Assembly: GCA_965214935.1 (NCBI GenBank)
Contig: CBDCCS010000018.1
Coordinates: forward strand, 32,001-96,000
Source of the DNA: Candidatus Velthaea sp.
GTDB taxonomy: Bacteria; Vulcanimicrobiota; Vulcanimicrobiia; Vulcanimicrobiales; Vulcanimicrobiaceae
Length of the DNA stretch: 64,000 bases
Direction: 5' to 3'
Shown: positions 10,075-19,780 of the stretch, piece by piece
How positions within the stretch are numbered: position 1 is the stretch's first letter
Layout of the letters: each line of letters opens with the position of its first letter
Notes under the pieces: model-generated
Told to the model about the DNA's origin: nothing
Seen by the model: the letters and a program-made list of their open reading frames with translations, nothing else
The model's database searches: none
Position numbers and translations under genes: made by a program

Positions 10075-11190
10075 CTAAAGCATCGGGGCAAGTGCACGAG
10101 CGGCTTCGTCGTTCCCTTCGTAGATCGCCCATTCAAGCGCCGTCGCGTCCCACAGCGTGTCGCTGATATCGGCGCGCGCTCCGCGGGCCAGCAGAAAGGA
10201 AATAAGTCCGGGTACATTGCCGATTGCGGCTTGATGCAATGCGGTGCTATGCGCGTGCACCGGCAGATAAGCGTTGATGTCGGCGCCCGCATCGAGTGCG
10301 ACCTGCGCCGTGCCGGCGTGCCCATTGATGATCGCAAGACCGAAAGCCGTTTGCACGTCCTCGCGATCCGAGCCGCTCAAGAGCCGACGTAACGAGTCGC
10401 CGTCGCCCAACGCCGCTGCAATTAGTGCGCTCAACGGTTGCCCGTGCGCGAGCAGCACGCGCAGTGCATCGCATTCCGCGTGACCGGCGGTCGCGATGAT
10501 TGTTGCGCGATCCGGAACAGCGCCGGCGCTTAGCAGCAGCTGCATGAGCGAAGCTTGGTGCCCTTGTTCGCGCGCCGCTGAACCGGTCATGGTCAGCATG
10601 AGCGTATACTGCAAATCGTCGCGTTCGACGCCGCGCTCGATCATAAGGCTCGCGATCTCACGGATGTTCGGGGCCATGCGCTCGACGAGCTTCGGATTGT
10701 TGGCCACAAACCAAAACAACTTCGGGTCGCGAAAATAGTCGTGGCTTTGTGCTTGACGATAGACACCGGGTCCATAATTCCGTTCGTGTAACAACTGCGG
10801 CTGCTCGTCGATCAGTCGCGCCAACGTCGATGCAGCGCCGGAGTGAATCGCATCCACGGCCGAGCGGAACGATGCTTTGTGAATGAGGGTGCGGTCGAGC
10901 AGCGCGACGATCGCCGAGCGCTCCGGCCCGCCGCCGCTCTTCGCCGCCTCGAGTGCCGTACGTCCGGCGCGATCCGGCTGCGATGGGCGCGCGCCGCCGG
11001 CAATCAGCAATTCGACGAGCGCGAGCGGTCCGTGTCGTGCAGCGACATGCAGCGGCAGCGCACGCTCATCGCCGACCCGCGGGTTAGCGCCATCGACAAG
11101 TAGCCGGCGGACGCTCTCGATATCGCCGGAGCGTACGGCGGCCATGAGTTGCGAGGCTGCAGCATCGTTCCGACGCACCGGTTCACTCAT
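10075..11190 (-). CDS. Ankyrin-repeat protein
   Basis: Ankyrin motifs PLHVAARHG..LVELLIAGGA, TALHQAAIGN..LISFLLARGA, ALDAGADIN. Confidence 0.8.
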   Translation of the reverse strand: MSEPVRRNDAAASQLMAAVRSGDIESVRRLLVDGANPRVGDERALPLHVAARHGPLALVELLIAGGARPSQPDRAGRTALEAAKSGGGPERSAIVALLDRTLIHKASFRSAVDAIHSGAASTLARLIDEQPQLLHERNYGPGVYRQAQSHDYFRDPKLFWFVANNPKLVERMAPNIREIASLMIERGVERDDLQYTLMLTMTGSAAREQGHQASLMQLLLSAGAVPDRATIIATAGHAECDALRVLLAHGQPLSALIAAALGDGDSLRRLLSGSDREDVQTAFGLAIINGHAGTAQVALDAGADINAYLPVHAHSTALHQAAIGNVPGLISFLLARGARADISDTLWDATALEWAIYEGNDEAARALAPML

Positions 11191-12860
11191 CGTTTCTTTG
11201 CATCGTCTGTCTTTGTCGAAGCGGTAAAATGAACCCGACCGGGGCCGTCGACCGAACGGTAAGGTGTGCCCCGCGTTTTATTGTATTCGGATTCGTGTGG
11301 CCCAGCGAACCGCTAAAAACAAATTTGATTTGGTGACGAGGCGATCGTAGCCGCTTGTAGCGCCGCCTCCGCCGCTGACGGGCGTATAGGTCCACGTGCT
11401 GCCTGAATCCTTCGAGTAAACCACGCTTGCACTGAGCCCGCTTGTGCCCAGACTCGTGGTTGCCGAGCCGACTTGAAATCGGTGCTGTTCGGAATGGGAT
11501 CGGCAATGGCGAGATTGATGGCGGCAGCCGTGCCGCCGTTCGTGAACGTATGGGTGTACGTCAAAACCGTGCCCGGCGGCTGAACGCCGGCGGGTGAAGC
11601 CGCGAGCGCCACGCTGACCGTCGGCGTAAATCCGCCAAAGGTGAAGTACTGCATCGATGCCGATGAAAACGTCGGAACCGATCCAGATCGCCGGTGCCGC
11701 AACGCTCGAGAAAGCCGATTTCGGTACTTGCACGCTTACATGCGTCGAACCGCTGCCCGTAAGTTGCGTGCGCCAGATACGCGACATGCGGTACGTTCCC
11801 GAGACGGTCGACATTGTCGTCGAGCCGGCGTTGTCACCCCACGTGATGAAGCTGGCATTGCTGGAGAAGGCGCTGTTCGCGGTCTGCGAAGCCGTGCTGA
11901 TCGACGTGCCGTTTGCGATCGTCACGTCGAGGGAGTTGCCGTACGCGCTGGAATTGATCGAATGCGATACGCGCTGATCGAGCCCGGATGCTGAGTCCTG
12001 ACCGATGCCGGCTACGTCATAGGCGTAAGTTGCATTACTCGCCCCTGACCACACCGTCGTTCCCGCGCTCGAAAGATAGTTCGTCCCGCTGGCTACGTGT
12101 GTCTGCGCGTTGAAACCCAGCGTGATCCCGTATTTGATCGACGATACGAGCGGATCTGACTGATCTGTGTTGTCGTGAGGGCAGTCGCAAGACTGTTGTA
12201 ATTAACGACTTCATCGATCTGCCCGTTCCAAATGCGATACTGGCAGCACCCGCCGCCGGCCGACGTTCGGCCGCCAATCTCGAATTGGCTTGCGCCGTAG
12301 GTTGAGTTGCTGAGGGAACTTGCCGCCGTCAACGCGTTTTCAGAAGTCGACGAGTTCATCTTGTTACCGGCCGTTGAATAAAAAACGTCACTTACGATCG
12401 GTGTTGCCGTCGGAGTGGTGAACGGTCCCGACGCAGTCGCATAATCAGTGTCAAGGTCATAACTCGCCCCGCGGTAGGCGATGCCCTGCGCCGCGCAACA
12501 GTTGCCGATCCATCCCGATAGGACGGCAGCGAAAACGCTGTTGCTCGGATTGAACAACGCCGTGTAGGAAACACCGAAGATGTAGCTGTTCGCTCCGGTG
12601 AACATCGAACTCGACGTTGCGCCGCGCAAGTCGTCGCTCGAGCCGTTAAAGCTGACGCCGGGATTAAATTGATCGCTGCTCAAGGCGCTTGGGCTGGTAT
12701 AGCCCGAAGGGGCGACCGGCTGGGTCGACATCGCGCCCGAGCCGCTTTGATCGGTCCAGGTCGTCCTGTTATAGCCGGAGGCGGTGAACCACAGCGTTGC
12801 TCCAGTTACGCCGCCGGGCGACGCAGCTTCGGCAGGCACGAGTGCAAGCACGAAGAGCAA
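11183..12860 (-). pseudogene. Secreted Ser/Thr-rich protein (LamG-like N-terminal part, DUF11-like C-terminal part), split by several frameshifts
   Basis: Signal peptide ..PAEAASPGGV, LW..WTDQSG, then a DUF11-like LTYTHTFTNGG..AINLAIADPIP; ORFs 12093..12860, 11278..12054, 11313..11702 and 11183..11506 read as consecutive pieces. Confidence 0.55.
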
Positions 12861-13032
12861 CAGCGAGCGAGCGCGCCGACAAAGGCCGATGCAGGTAACG
12901 CGCCGCGTTCGCCGTCGCTTTGCAGGCTAGCCGCCGAGCAGTCATCTCCGGACACACCTTGGTAATCGGCAGACCGACGAGCAACGAAACAGCCGAGTAT
13001 TATCGTTGCGGCCGGCGTTCAGATCGCAATCG

Positions 13033-13062
13033 AAAGACGGCGGCTCGAGAGCCGCCGTCTTT
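13033..13062. terminator. GC-rich hairpin, probably the original ssrA terminator displaced by the island
   Basis: Perfect 14-bp inverted repeat AAAGACGGCGGCTC-GA-GAGCCGCCGTCTTT next to the duplicated CCAATTCGT sequence. Confidence 0.7.
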
Positions 13063-13063
13063 G

Positions 13064-13080
13064 ACGAATTGGCGAATTGG
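13064..13080 (+). repeat. Left flanking direct repeat ACGAATTGG plus tandem CGAATTGG
   Basis: ACGAATTGG (13064-13072) is identical to 36714-36722, which overlaps the tmRNA CCA end. Confidence 0.75.
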
Positions 13081-13138
13081 CGCTATATCCCATCGGAGAT
13101 TGTATCCTAAGAGAGATTTTGTATCCCAACAGGTTTGG
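13081..13138 (+). repeat. Left end: TIR and three tandem TATCC(C/T)A motif copies
   Basis: TATCCCATCGGAGATTG / TATCCTAAGAGAGATTTTG / TATCCCAACAGGTTTGG starting at 13086, 13103 and 13122. Confidence 0.75.
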
Positions 13139-13418
13139 TTGCCCGCTTAAGAATCAAGGAGAATTCCGGACCGGGATAGGCCCCTTTGCAAGGCATATCC
13201 TCTTGGCTAACGATCCGACGGGCAAGCCTGTTGGGCCTCCACTGACGCTCGGAACAAAGATGCAAGTCGCAATCGACGAAATCAATCGCAGCGTCTACAC
13301 CTCGGGTACCAGCGCAGATCTCTCTTAAGGACGTTACCTAGACCGCCAATACGTGAGCGTTATTATAAGTGCGTTTTAGCGTTTAATGTGGACTTCTCGC
13401 CGAATCTTAAGCTTTTCC

Positions 13419-13467
13419 GCGAATAAGCGCTACAAAGGCTGGCCCGAAGCGAATAAGCGCTACAAAG
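13419..13467 (+). repeat. 19-bp perfect direct repeat GCGAATAAGCGCTACAAAG x2 (30-bp period)
   Basis: Copies at 13419-13437 and 13449-13467, bracketed by AATCTTAAG at 13403 and 13470. Confidence 0.8.
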
Positions 13468-14051
13468 TCAATCTTAAGGTTTTTCTGTCTACCTTGCGAG
13501 GAACGCTGGTTGCGAGCTCACGGCAGATTTCACAATTCCTCATATTCTTAAGCCGGCCAGGTTTATTTTCGTTTGTTAGAATCTCTCCAAGACACGCACG
13601 GAGTACGGGCGTTCTGAGGACCGGTAACACGGCCACCAGAACATCGAGGTGCAAGTGGCTTAAACCCGCAGGCAGCGATGTGCGGAAAGGTCGGCCATCG
13701 CCCAACGTCCCGGTCATCGCATATTCATACTGCCGGCGGGGATCATCAAAAAATCGTCAGACCCGTCACGGCCGTGAGCAGATATAGAGCTTTTGACCCC
13801 AGGGCATCGTCGGCCTCGAACGCTTTCGACCCGGCAACACCAAGGGCTTGAGATACCAAGAACGTCCCGTGCTCGAGCGAGACGCCTTCAAGTAACCAGT
13901 CGATACCGAGGGCTTCCGCCTTGGAGGCGTCGATAGTGAAGTCTTCTGGAAGGCCAACGACGACTACAGAAGACTCAGTTTCAGACAAGCAGCAACTCCG
14001 AAAGCACGCATTTCTGTTCGAGGCCGACCGTGACAGAGCATTCCCTTTCAA
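13460..14051 (-). pseudogene. Hypothetical protein split by a frameshift in a T6 run
   Basis: Removing one T near 13750 joins ORF 13746..14051 to ORF 13460..13717 (..LTIFDDPRRQYEYAMTGTLG..). Confidence 0.35.
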
Positions 14052-14105
14052 CTACGCTTTCGCACCACGCCACAGGAAACCATGACAAGTTTGGCCTAGC
14101 TTTCA

Positions 14106-15539
14106 ATGATGCTGAACGACAACTTTTTGAATCATATTCACGAAGCTGATGCTGCTATTCGGTCGCGTCTAACAGACTACATGTCAACTGAATCAGGTGT
14201 TGACAGGGTTGCGCGGCTGCCCGCACTAGACTCGTTCACGATAAATGAGCAGGCACATAAGCACATTGTCGCCACAGGCGATGTGTTTGAAGGCGAGATA
14301 TCCATTACTTGGACAAATCTCCAACTGAGTATTAAGTTTATTCAGACGCTCAATGGCGCTACCGAGATTCCGCCACCATATTTTGATGCTGTGCGGATCG
14401 AATCAACTCAAGACGGGTCTGCATGGTGCCTGACGGCGGCGCACCTCGTGACGATTCCTCAAGAGACTGCCGTCTTGGATGCATTTAATAACACAATCGT
14501 AACAACGACTGAAACCTATAACGTGCGAAGCCTGCATTTAGAACAATCAAAAGACATATCCAGGTTTCACCGGATCACATTCCAAGGTGGTGTGCTCGAC
14601 GGATATCCCCATGAAGCACTTAGTTCAGACGGAACTCTCGCATTCAATCAAGTTAACACATCGATCTTTGGTCGCTTGGCACGAGTTAGGTATGTAAGCG
14701 ACGGAACACTGTCAGCTGACAAATTACTCTCCTTGACTTACGACGGCAATGTACTTACCCAGGAAGAACTGCGGAGCGTTTACAACCTCCTGAGTTTTTT
14801 CACAGGCGCGAGGCTTGAAATAAAGACTACCGAACACTTTGACAAAGCGTTCGTTCGGACTAGTGTCGATCTCTTTCAAGGTGTTCCTCACAGCTTGTCT
14901 GGAACGCCACCGCTTGATACAGACAACAGGATCGGCGCAGCTTTTGCCTCGCAGTTTCCGGCTCTTCTCCAGAAAATCCATTCCGAGATGCAGAATGGTT
15001 TTCCGTGGCACGCAGCCTTTCATCACATCCAAGAGTCTTATACAGACTTTCCTGAATCTGCAATTAAGAACTTAGCAGTTGCGCTCGATACAATCATTGA
15101 AGCGCATATGAAGAATGCCGATAAAGATCGGTACGTTAGCAGGAACGAATATAAGGCTCTAATTGCACCATTGATAGACCACGTGGAAAAGGTCGCTGCT
15201 GAACAACTTGAACCGAAGACAACCGCGTACAAAGAGTTAGCCGATCATATTAAAGGCGTCCTCGAACGAGAAAATCACCGTGGTACGAAAGAGAAGCGCG
15301 AAATGTTTTGGAAGGAGTTTAACATCGACACATCTGACTACAAAGATGTTCTTGCGTATCGTGACAAATCTCTTCACACGGGACACGTGCTCGATTATCT
15401 CGCTTCTAACGATTATTTGGAAGTCTCTCGTAATGTTGCTAAATTAAGAACACTTGCGAACCGCGCTATCTTACGGCGTCTTGGATACAGTGGTCCCATG
15501 ATAGACTTCAGTACGGGAATAGTAGTCGAGGTAGAATAA
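14106..15539 (+). CDS. Putative ApeA-like protein with C-terminal HEPN domain
   Basis: 477-aa ORF; beta-rich N-terminus, VYNLLSFFTG, helical C-terminus with Rx4H motif (YRDKSLHTG) followed by LRRLGY. Confidence 0.55.
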   Translation: MMLNDNFLNHIHEADAAIRSRLTDYMSTESGVDRVARLPALDSFTINEQAHKHIVATGDVFEGEISITWTNLQLSIKFIQTLNGATEIPPPYFDAVRIESTQDGSAWCLTAAHLVTIPQETAVLDAFNNTIVTTTETYNVRSLHLEQSKDISRFHRITFQGGVLDGYPHEALSSDGTLAFNQVNTSIFGRLARVRYVSDGTLSADKLLSLTYDGNVLTQEELRSVYNLLSFFTGARLEIKTTEHFDKAFVRTSVDLFQGVPHSLSGTPPLDTDNRIGAAFASQFPALLQKIHSEMQNGFPWHAAFHHIQESYTDFPESAIKNLAVALDTIIEAHMKNADKDRYVSRNEYKALIAPLIDHVEKVAAEQLEPKTTAYKELADHIKGVLERENHRGTKEKREMFWKEFNIDTSDYKDVLAYRDKSLHTGHVLDYLASNDYLEVSRNVAKLRTLANRAILRRLGYSGPMIDFSTGIVVEVE

Positions 15540-15692
15540 CCTCCCCCTCATTAAGCTGAGTCACATTCAAGACTCCGCGCTTGCAGTGTGCCTATCAAGG
15601 AGGAAGCTGATCTCGTGAACGCTAGCGAGACCGTAGTAGGGAAGTAGCCCGGGGGAGGGCATCTGTCGGCCAGAGATTGTAGACTGTCACTC

Positions 15693-15833
15693 ATGGACGA
15701 TTCTGAGAGCAGCAAAAGCTACGATGACTGGGCAAACGCTCCGGCAGGCGAACCTTTAGCGCCCTCGCTAACGCTTGCGACTTTTCGAAACGGGGTGCAG
15801 GACGGAATAGACCAACTCAATCGCGGCGAATAG
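15693..15833 (+). CDS. 46-aa small protein with ParD-antitoxin-like C-terminus
   Basis: MDDSESSKSYDDWANAPAGEPLAPSLTLATFRNGVQDGIDQLNRGE*; TAGACT -10 element 7 nt before the ATG. Confidence 0.35.
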   Translation: MDDSESSKSYDDWANAPAGEPLAPSLTLATFRNGVQDGIDQLNRGE

Positions 15834-15872
15834 ATCTCTGGTGTCAGAGCAAATCCATCTTAGGGCACAACA

Positions 15873-17042
15873 TTGACGAACGATCTGCGGCCTCACATAA
15901 GCCTCCTCGTCACAGCGGCAGAAGCCACGGCGCTGCCCAACGTGCTGGCACAGTTTGGAGCATGGACCACCTTCATTCCATTTGGACAGCTTCGGTCAGT
16001 GCTTGCTCGAGGCAGTTCGGCACCGCTCGTGGTGGACGCGATTGTTATTGAAGCGGCGGGAGGTCCTGAAGCCGCCGTTACCGCCGTCAAGGTAGCGAAA
16101 CTAATTCGGAGCTTACCCGGCGATTATACAATGCGTAACGGGATGCGTTGGCGAGAAATGCCGCTTATAATTGTGGTGCCAGACCCCAACGTTGCAACAG
16201 CGATGCGTGTCGATAACTCTCTCCGCGGAATTCTTATAGCTGACTTTCAGTACGGTCTTCCGGGAATATATGAATCGATTTGCTCCACGATTCGTATCGA
16301 TCGTGACGCGATCCATGCTGAACTTGACGACGCGGGATGCATTATCCAATACGGTCCCGATGGGCGATTTCGTATGCGAGGGCCAGCAGGAGGCTACCGT
16401 CACGGCGGTTTTCAACAAACCTTCGAGACGATTCGCTACCATGGCCCGTCCGACAGAAGCGCACTCAACGCGTCACCGTGGGTCATCGCTGCTGACGAAA
16501 AAGCTGTCGCCTTTGACATGAATGAGTTCGAACGTCTTATTTGGGGAGCAGCTGAGCGCGAAGAAGACCTTCAACGCTTCTTAGCCGGGAACTCTTACTT
16601 CTTGAACGCCGCACAATTCGAGATGGTACCGAAACCACAGCTGATGCGATGGGATGGCGACAAAATTATTCCCGATATTGTTATATATCCCTATGCTTTC
16701 GACGACAGAGCGAGATCGCCGCATATAGTCGAACTTAAGTGGTTTGGCGGACGCATGGTCGTGGGAGACAAACGCCGTTGGCGATTCAGATCAGAGATTC
16801 TAGGTGCAATCGAGCAAACTCGGGACTACTCAGAGTCGTTTATGGATCCACGCAACGCCGCCGAAACTAAACGCATACTTTCTGGCAGCATCCTTGAACC
16901 GAAGCGTACCGTGATCGGTGGGTTGATCGCACCGAATGAACGTCAGAGAATGGAACGAGCGCAACAGTACATCCCTGACGTTAACGTTTTAGCTTACAAC
17001 GAGGTATTAGAAGCCGCACTGAAACGATTCGGACGTTCATAA
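15873..17042 (+). CDS. Shedu-like (DUF4263/SduA) PD-(D/E)XK nuclease with receiver-like N-terminal domain
   Basis: EEDLQRFL...IPDIVI...IVELK...EILGAIEQTRDY matches the DUF4263 pattern; N-terminus VDAIVIE..VAKLIRSL..MPLIIV resembles a receiver fold. Confidence 0.65.
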   Translation: MTNDLRPHISLLVTAAEATALPNVLAQFGAWTTFIPFGQLRSVLARGSSAPLVVDAIVIEAAGGPEAAVTAVKVAKLIRSLPGDYTMRNGMRWREMPLIIVVPDPNVATAMRVDNSLRGILIADFQYGLPGIYESICSTIRIDRDAIHAELDDAGCIIQYGPDGRFRMRGPAGGYRHGGFQQTFETIRYHGPSDRSALNASPWVIAADEKAVAFDMNEFERLIWGAAEREEDLQRFLAGNSYFLNAAQFEMVPKPQLMRWDGDKIIPDIVIYPYAFDDRARSPHIVELKWFGGRMVVGDKRRWRFRSEILGAIEQTRDYSESFMDPRNAAETKRILSGSILEPKRTVIGGLIAPNERQRMERAQQYIPDVNVLAYNEVLEAALKRFGRS

Positions 17043-17090
17043 GCAGCGATCTCCTGCCTTTCGGTTTGGACAATTGCCAAAAGGCAGTAT

Positions 17091-17639
17091 CTACTCCTCA
17101 GGCTTGGGAGGCATCGGACCCCAAGACGCCGGGGCATCGTCAACACTATCAGGACTACGCCAATCCCAACCGAGAAGGTTGAAAGCAACTTTTGCATCTT
17201 GTTTCCCGACCCCGTAAAGAGATTCTTGGCCCGCTAGACCCATAGAATGCAGTCTATGAAGAGTATTCCATAAGGCAGTAACACTGACAGCATCATCGTA
17301 GAGCCGATCAGCACTTTTGTTGTATTCTTCGACATCAACTTCTTGGTCGATTATGCGATTACCGTAAAATCGAAGGTTAACGTCCGGGTCGTCGCAGCCA
17401 ACGATATCCTGTTCTGCGATGTCCATCTGATGAGACTCGCTTGCGCGCATAGTCTGTGCAGTATCATAGTCCCCCTCCTTAGAGTATGCTCTCGCCTCGG
17501 TTTCGTAGCTATCCACCAAATCGAGATCATATGCAGCTGATGCGCATGCCGATTGGCTTGCCACAGATGGGAGGGGTTGAAACATTGACGCCGCGGCGAT
17601 AACAGCAGCAAGTAATAGCTTTTTCATAGTAATCGTCAT
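17091..17639 (-). CDS. Secreted hypothetical protein
   Basis: Signal peptide MKKLLLAAVIAAASMFQPLPSVA; acidic mature part. Confidence 0.6.
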   Translation of the reverse strand: MTITMKKLLLAAVIAAASMFQPLPSVASQSACASAAYDLDLVDSYETEARAYSKEGDYDTAQTMRASESHQMDIAEQDIVGCDDPDVNLRFYGNRIIDQEVDVEEYNKSADRLYDDAVSVTALWNTLHRLHSMGLAGQESLYGVGKQDAKVAFNLLGWDWRSPDSVDDAPASWGPMPPKPEE

Positions 17640-17872
17640 TTATTCCATAGGGACAGACTGGATGCATCGACTATCGACGCTTTAAGGCCAGATATTCACG
17701 GTTTTTCTGTGATAAAGGCTACTTTATAGCAGTTTGCTGCGGTTATGATGACGCATTATTGTCTTGACACAATAAGCTGTTGGACTAAAGTCGATCCCGA
17801 AAGGACCGAGATTTGTCAGTAGGTGGTTGGTTTCAGCACAAACTGCATCGGTGCCATTTGGAGATAGCGTTA

Positions 17873-18430
17873 ATGTCAGCAGTATTCGTTCTTCTGTGGA
17901 TCGCTTCAACTATAGCAATGCTCCTTTTTGCATTCAAGCGAAAATGGAAAAAAGCCACAATAAGCGTATTTATCGGTTTTCTCTTTCTTTGCGGAATCGC
18001 CGCGACGACCCCATCAAGCGGATCTGCGCATTCAACATCTGACGAAGCGAAGGTTGCCGACACATCGAGTCGTCCAGATGACGCCAAGAAGGCGCCATTT
18101 GAAGAGCGCCGTGCATCAGCAGAGCGCGCGGAGGACGCCCATCTGATTCACGGAGATCCCGACTGTCTCACGATTGATTATAGAACACTTGGCACGGAAT
18201 CTGCAGACAGCGTTGGGTACATCAAGGGTAAGCTACACAACGGGTGCGATAAGGACTTCTCGTACGTTCAGATTGAAATCAACTTTTTGAGCGGGGATTC
18301 CGTCACTGGCAGCACCATGGTCAACGTCAACAACCTTTCAGCAAACCAAACCTGGAACTGGAAAAACCCGGTGTTTGGCTCCGACGAAGAGGGCAAAACG
18401 TGGAAAGTTACAAAAATCAGCGGGTTTTAG
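17873..18430 (+). CDS. Membrane protein with FxLYD-like Ig domain
   Basis: Two N-terminal TM helices; YIKGKLHN..KDFSYVQIEINF...NVNNLSANQTWNW; GGAG SD. Confidence 0.65.
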   Translation: MSAVFVLLWIASTIAMLLFAFKRKWKKATISVFIGFLFLCGIAATTPSSGSAHSTSDEAKVADTSSRPDDAKKAPFEERRASAERAEDAHLIHGDPDCLTIDYRTLGTESADSVGYIKGKLHNGCDKDFSYVQIEINFLSGDSVTGSTMVNVNNLSANQTWNWKNPVFGSDEEGKTWKVTKISGF

Positions 18431-19001
18431 CTCTAAGACGACTACATGGAGCCTTATATAGAGAAAGTACGTGTTTGGCCCAATGCTTCATTATATTTAT
18501 TTAGAAGTCGCGATTCAGCGTATACTCTAAGGTAATGTGCGACTTAGGCCGTTGACCTCGTGTTGATTTGTTAGTGCTGCTCTCGTAATGAGTAAAAGTG
18601 GTTTCGGCAAGTAAACGTCACTTGATATTGATAACATTCGAGACATGTAATCTTCTCCCAGCCGGCCTCGCTGACATGACGATCCTAAAGCGAATCGTGC
18701 TCCATGAGGTGGCACCCGACGTTCGTTGCGAGGAAGCCCACGCCGCTTTCTTTTCAGGCAACGACACCAAGCCGTTTTCCTGAGAAGGGTGCTCCTTCTC
18801 ATCCATAAGCACGAGAACCCGGTCCGGTCGAATAGTTTGGTGGCATATGAGCCCACGGGCTCAGCGCTGGGGACCTTGAGCATTTGATCCCTCGACGAGA
18901 AGATGGCATAATGGGGCTCGCTCCGATGTCAAGAGTCTCAGCTCGCATCGCGGTCGGCAGCTCAAATTGTCCTACCAAAGCCTTTCCAGGAGGGTCCAGC
19001 C

Positions 19002-19460
19002 TTGCCCGATCGGTCAGACTCTGACAACAGTGCGATTCAACCGGCACGCGGTCAGGCCATACGGTTCGATCCCCTGAATCCGGGGGCCAACATGGTGGAC
19101 CTCGGACTCCTCACGCAAGAACAGCAGAACGCCTTGGCGGTCGAGTACATGCGCGGGACACTCGACATCAACAAGAAGGCCGCGCAGATGCACGTGGACG
19201 TCGGCGCCTTCAAGAACATGCTCGACGTCATGTCAACCAAGACCAAGGAGCTGTCGGCCCAAGAAGGCACCTCCGTCACCATGTCGCACACGCAAGAGAC
19301 ATCGGTAGGTAAAACCGAAGTGATCATGGGAAATACGGCGCAAGCCGCCACCGGTAAACTCACCCGCACAATGGCTGGCGAGCGAAATTTAACACCCGTT
19401 TACGTGGCGGTTGCCGTCATTGCGCTGCTAGTCCTCGTTGCACTCTTTCTGCACCACTGA
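19002..19460 (+). CDS. Hypothetical protein with C-terminal TM anchor
   Basis: AGGAGG SD before TTG; C-terminal hydrophobic helix VYVAVAVIALLVLVALF; first gene of a tightly spaced four-gene run. Confidence 0.65.
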   Translation: MPDRSDSDNSAIQPARGQAIRFDPLNPGANMVDLGLLTQEQQNALAVEYMRGTLDINKKAAQMHVDVGAFKNMLDVMSTKTKELSAQEGTSVTMSHTQETSVGKTEVIMGNTAQAATGKLTRTMAGERNLTPVYVAVAVIALLVLVALFLHH

Positions 19461-19463
19461 CAC

Positions 19464-19775
19464 GTGTTCAAAGCGCGAGTCGTCGTAACGGAAAATACCA
19501 ACCTTGATGCAGAGATTGACGCGATTTCAGATCGGGCGCAGCGCGCCAACCTCGAAAGCGACGACTATAACGCGATGATCGCGGCGGTTCGATCAACGGT
19601 AGCCGCAATGAAGCAAAGCTTTTTTGAGACAACGCAACAAGGCATCTTTCTCCAGGCAACCAAAATTGTTTCAGGACGAAGGTACGAAGTCACCCTTGAG
19701 ACAGGATCATCTTCTAAGCGTCGTGATGCCAAAAAAACCGGCATTGGCTTGCTATTTGCCGTTTTCAAGAAATAA
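19464..19775 (+). CDS. Hypothetical protein
   Basis: 103-aa ORF with 3-5 nt gaps to both neighbours. Confidence 0.5.
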   Translation: MFKARVVVTENTNLDAEIDAISDRAQRANLESDDYNAMIAAVRSTVAAMKQSFFETTQQGIFLQATKIVSGRRYEVTLETGSSSKRRDAKKTGIGLLFAVFKK

Positions 19776-19780
19776 CAGCG

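Noticed and set aside
13419..13467. Possible mini-CRISPR array
   Set aside because: Only two 19-bp repeats with an 11-nt spacer, and no cas genes in the window.
18490..19000. Possible gene or structured RNA between the FxLYD gene and the four-gene operon
   Set aside because: Only short overlapping ORFs with no motif, and no convincing structure by eye.
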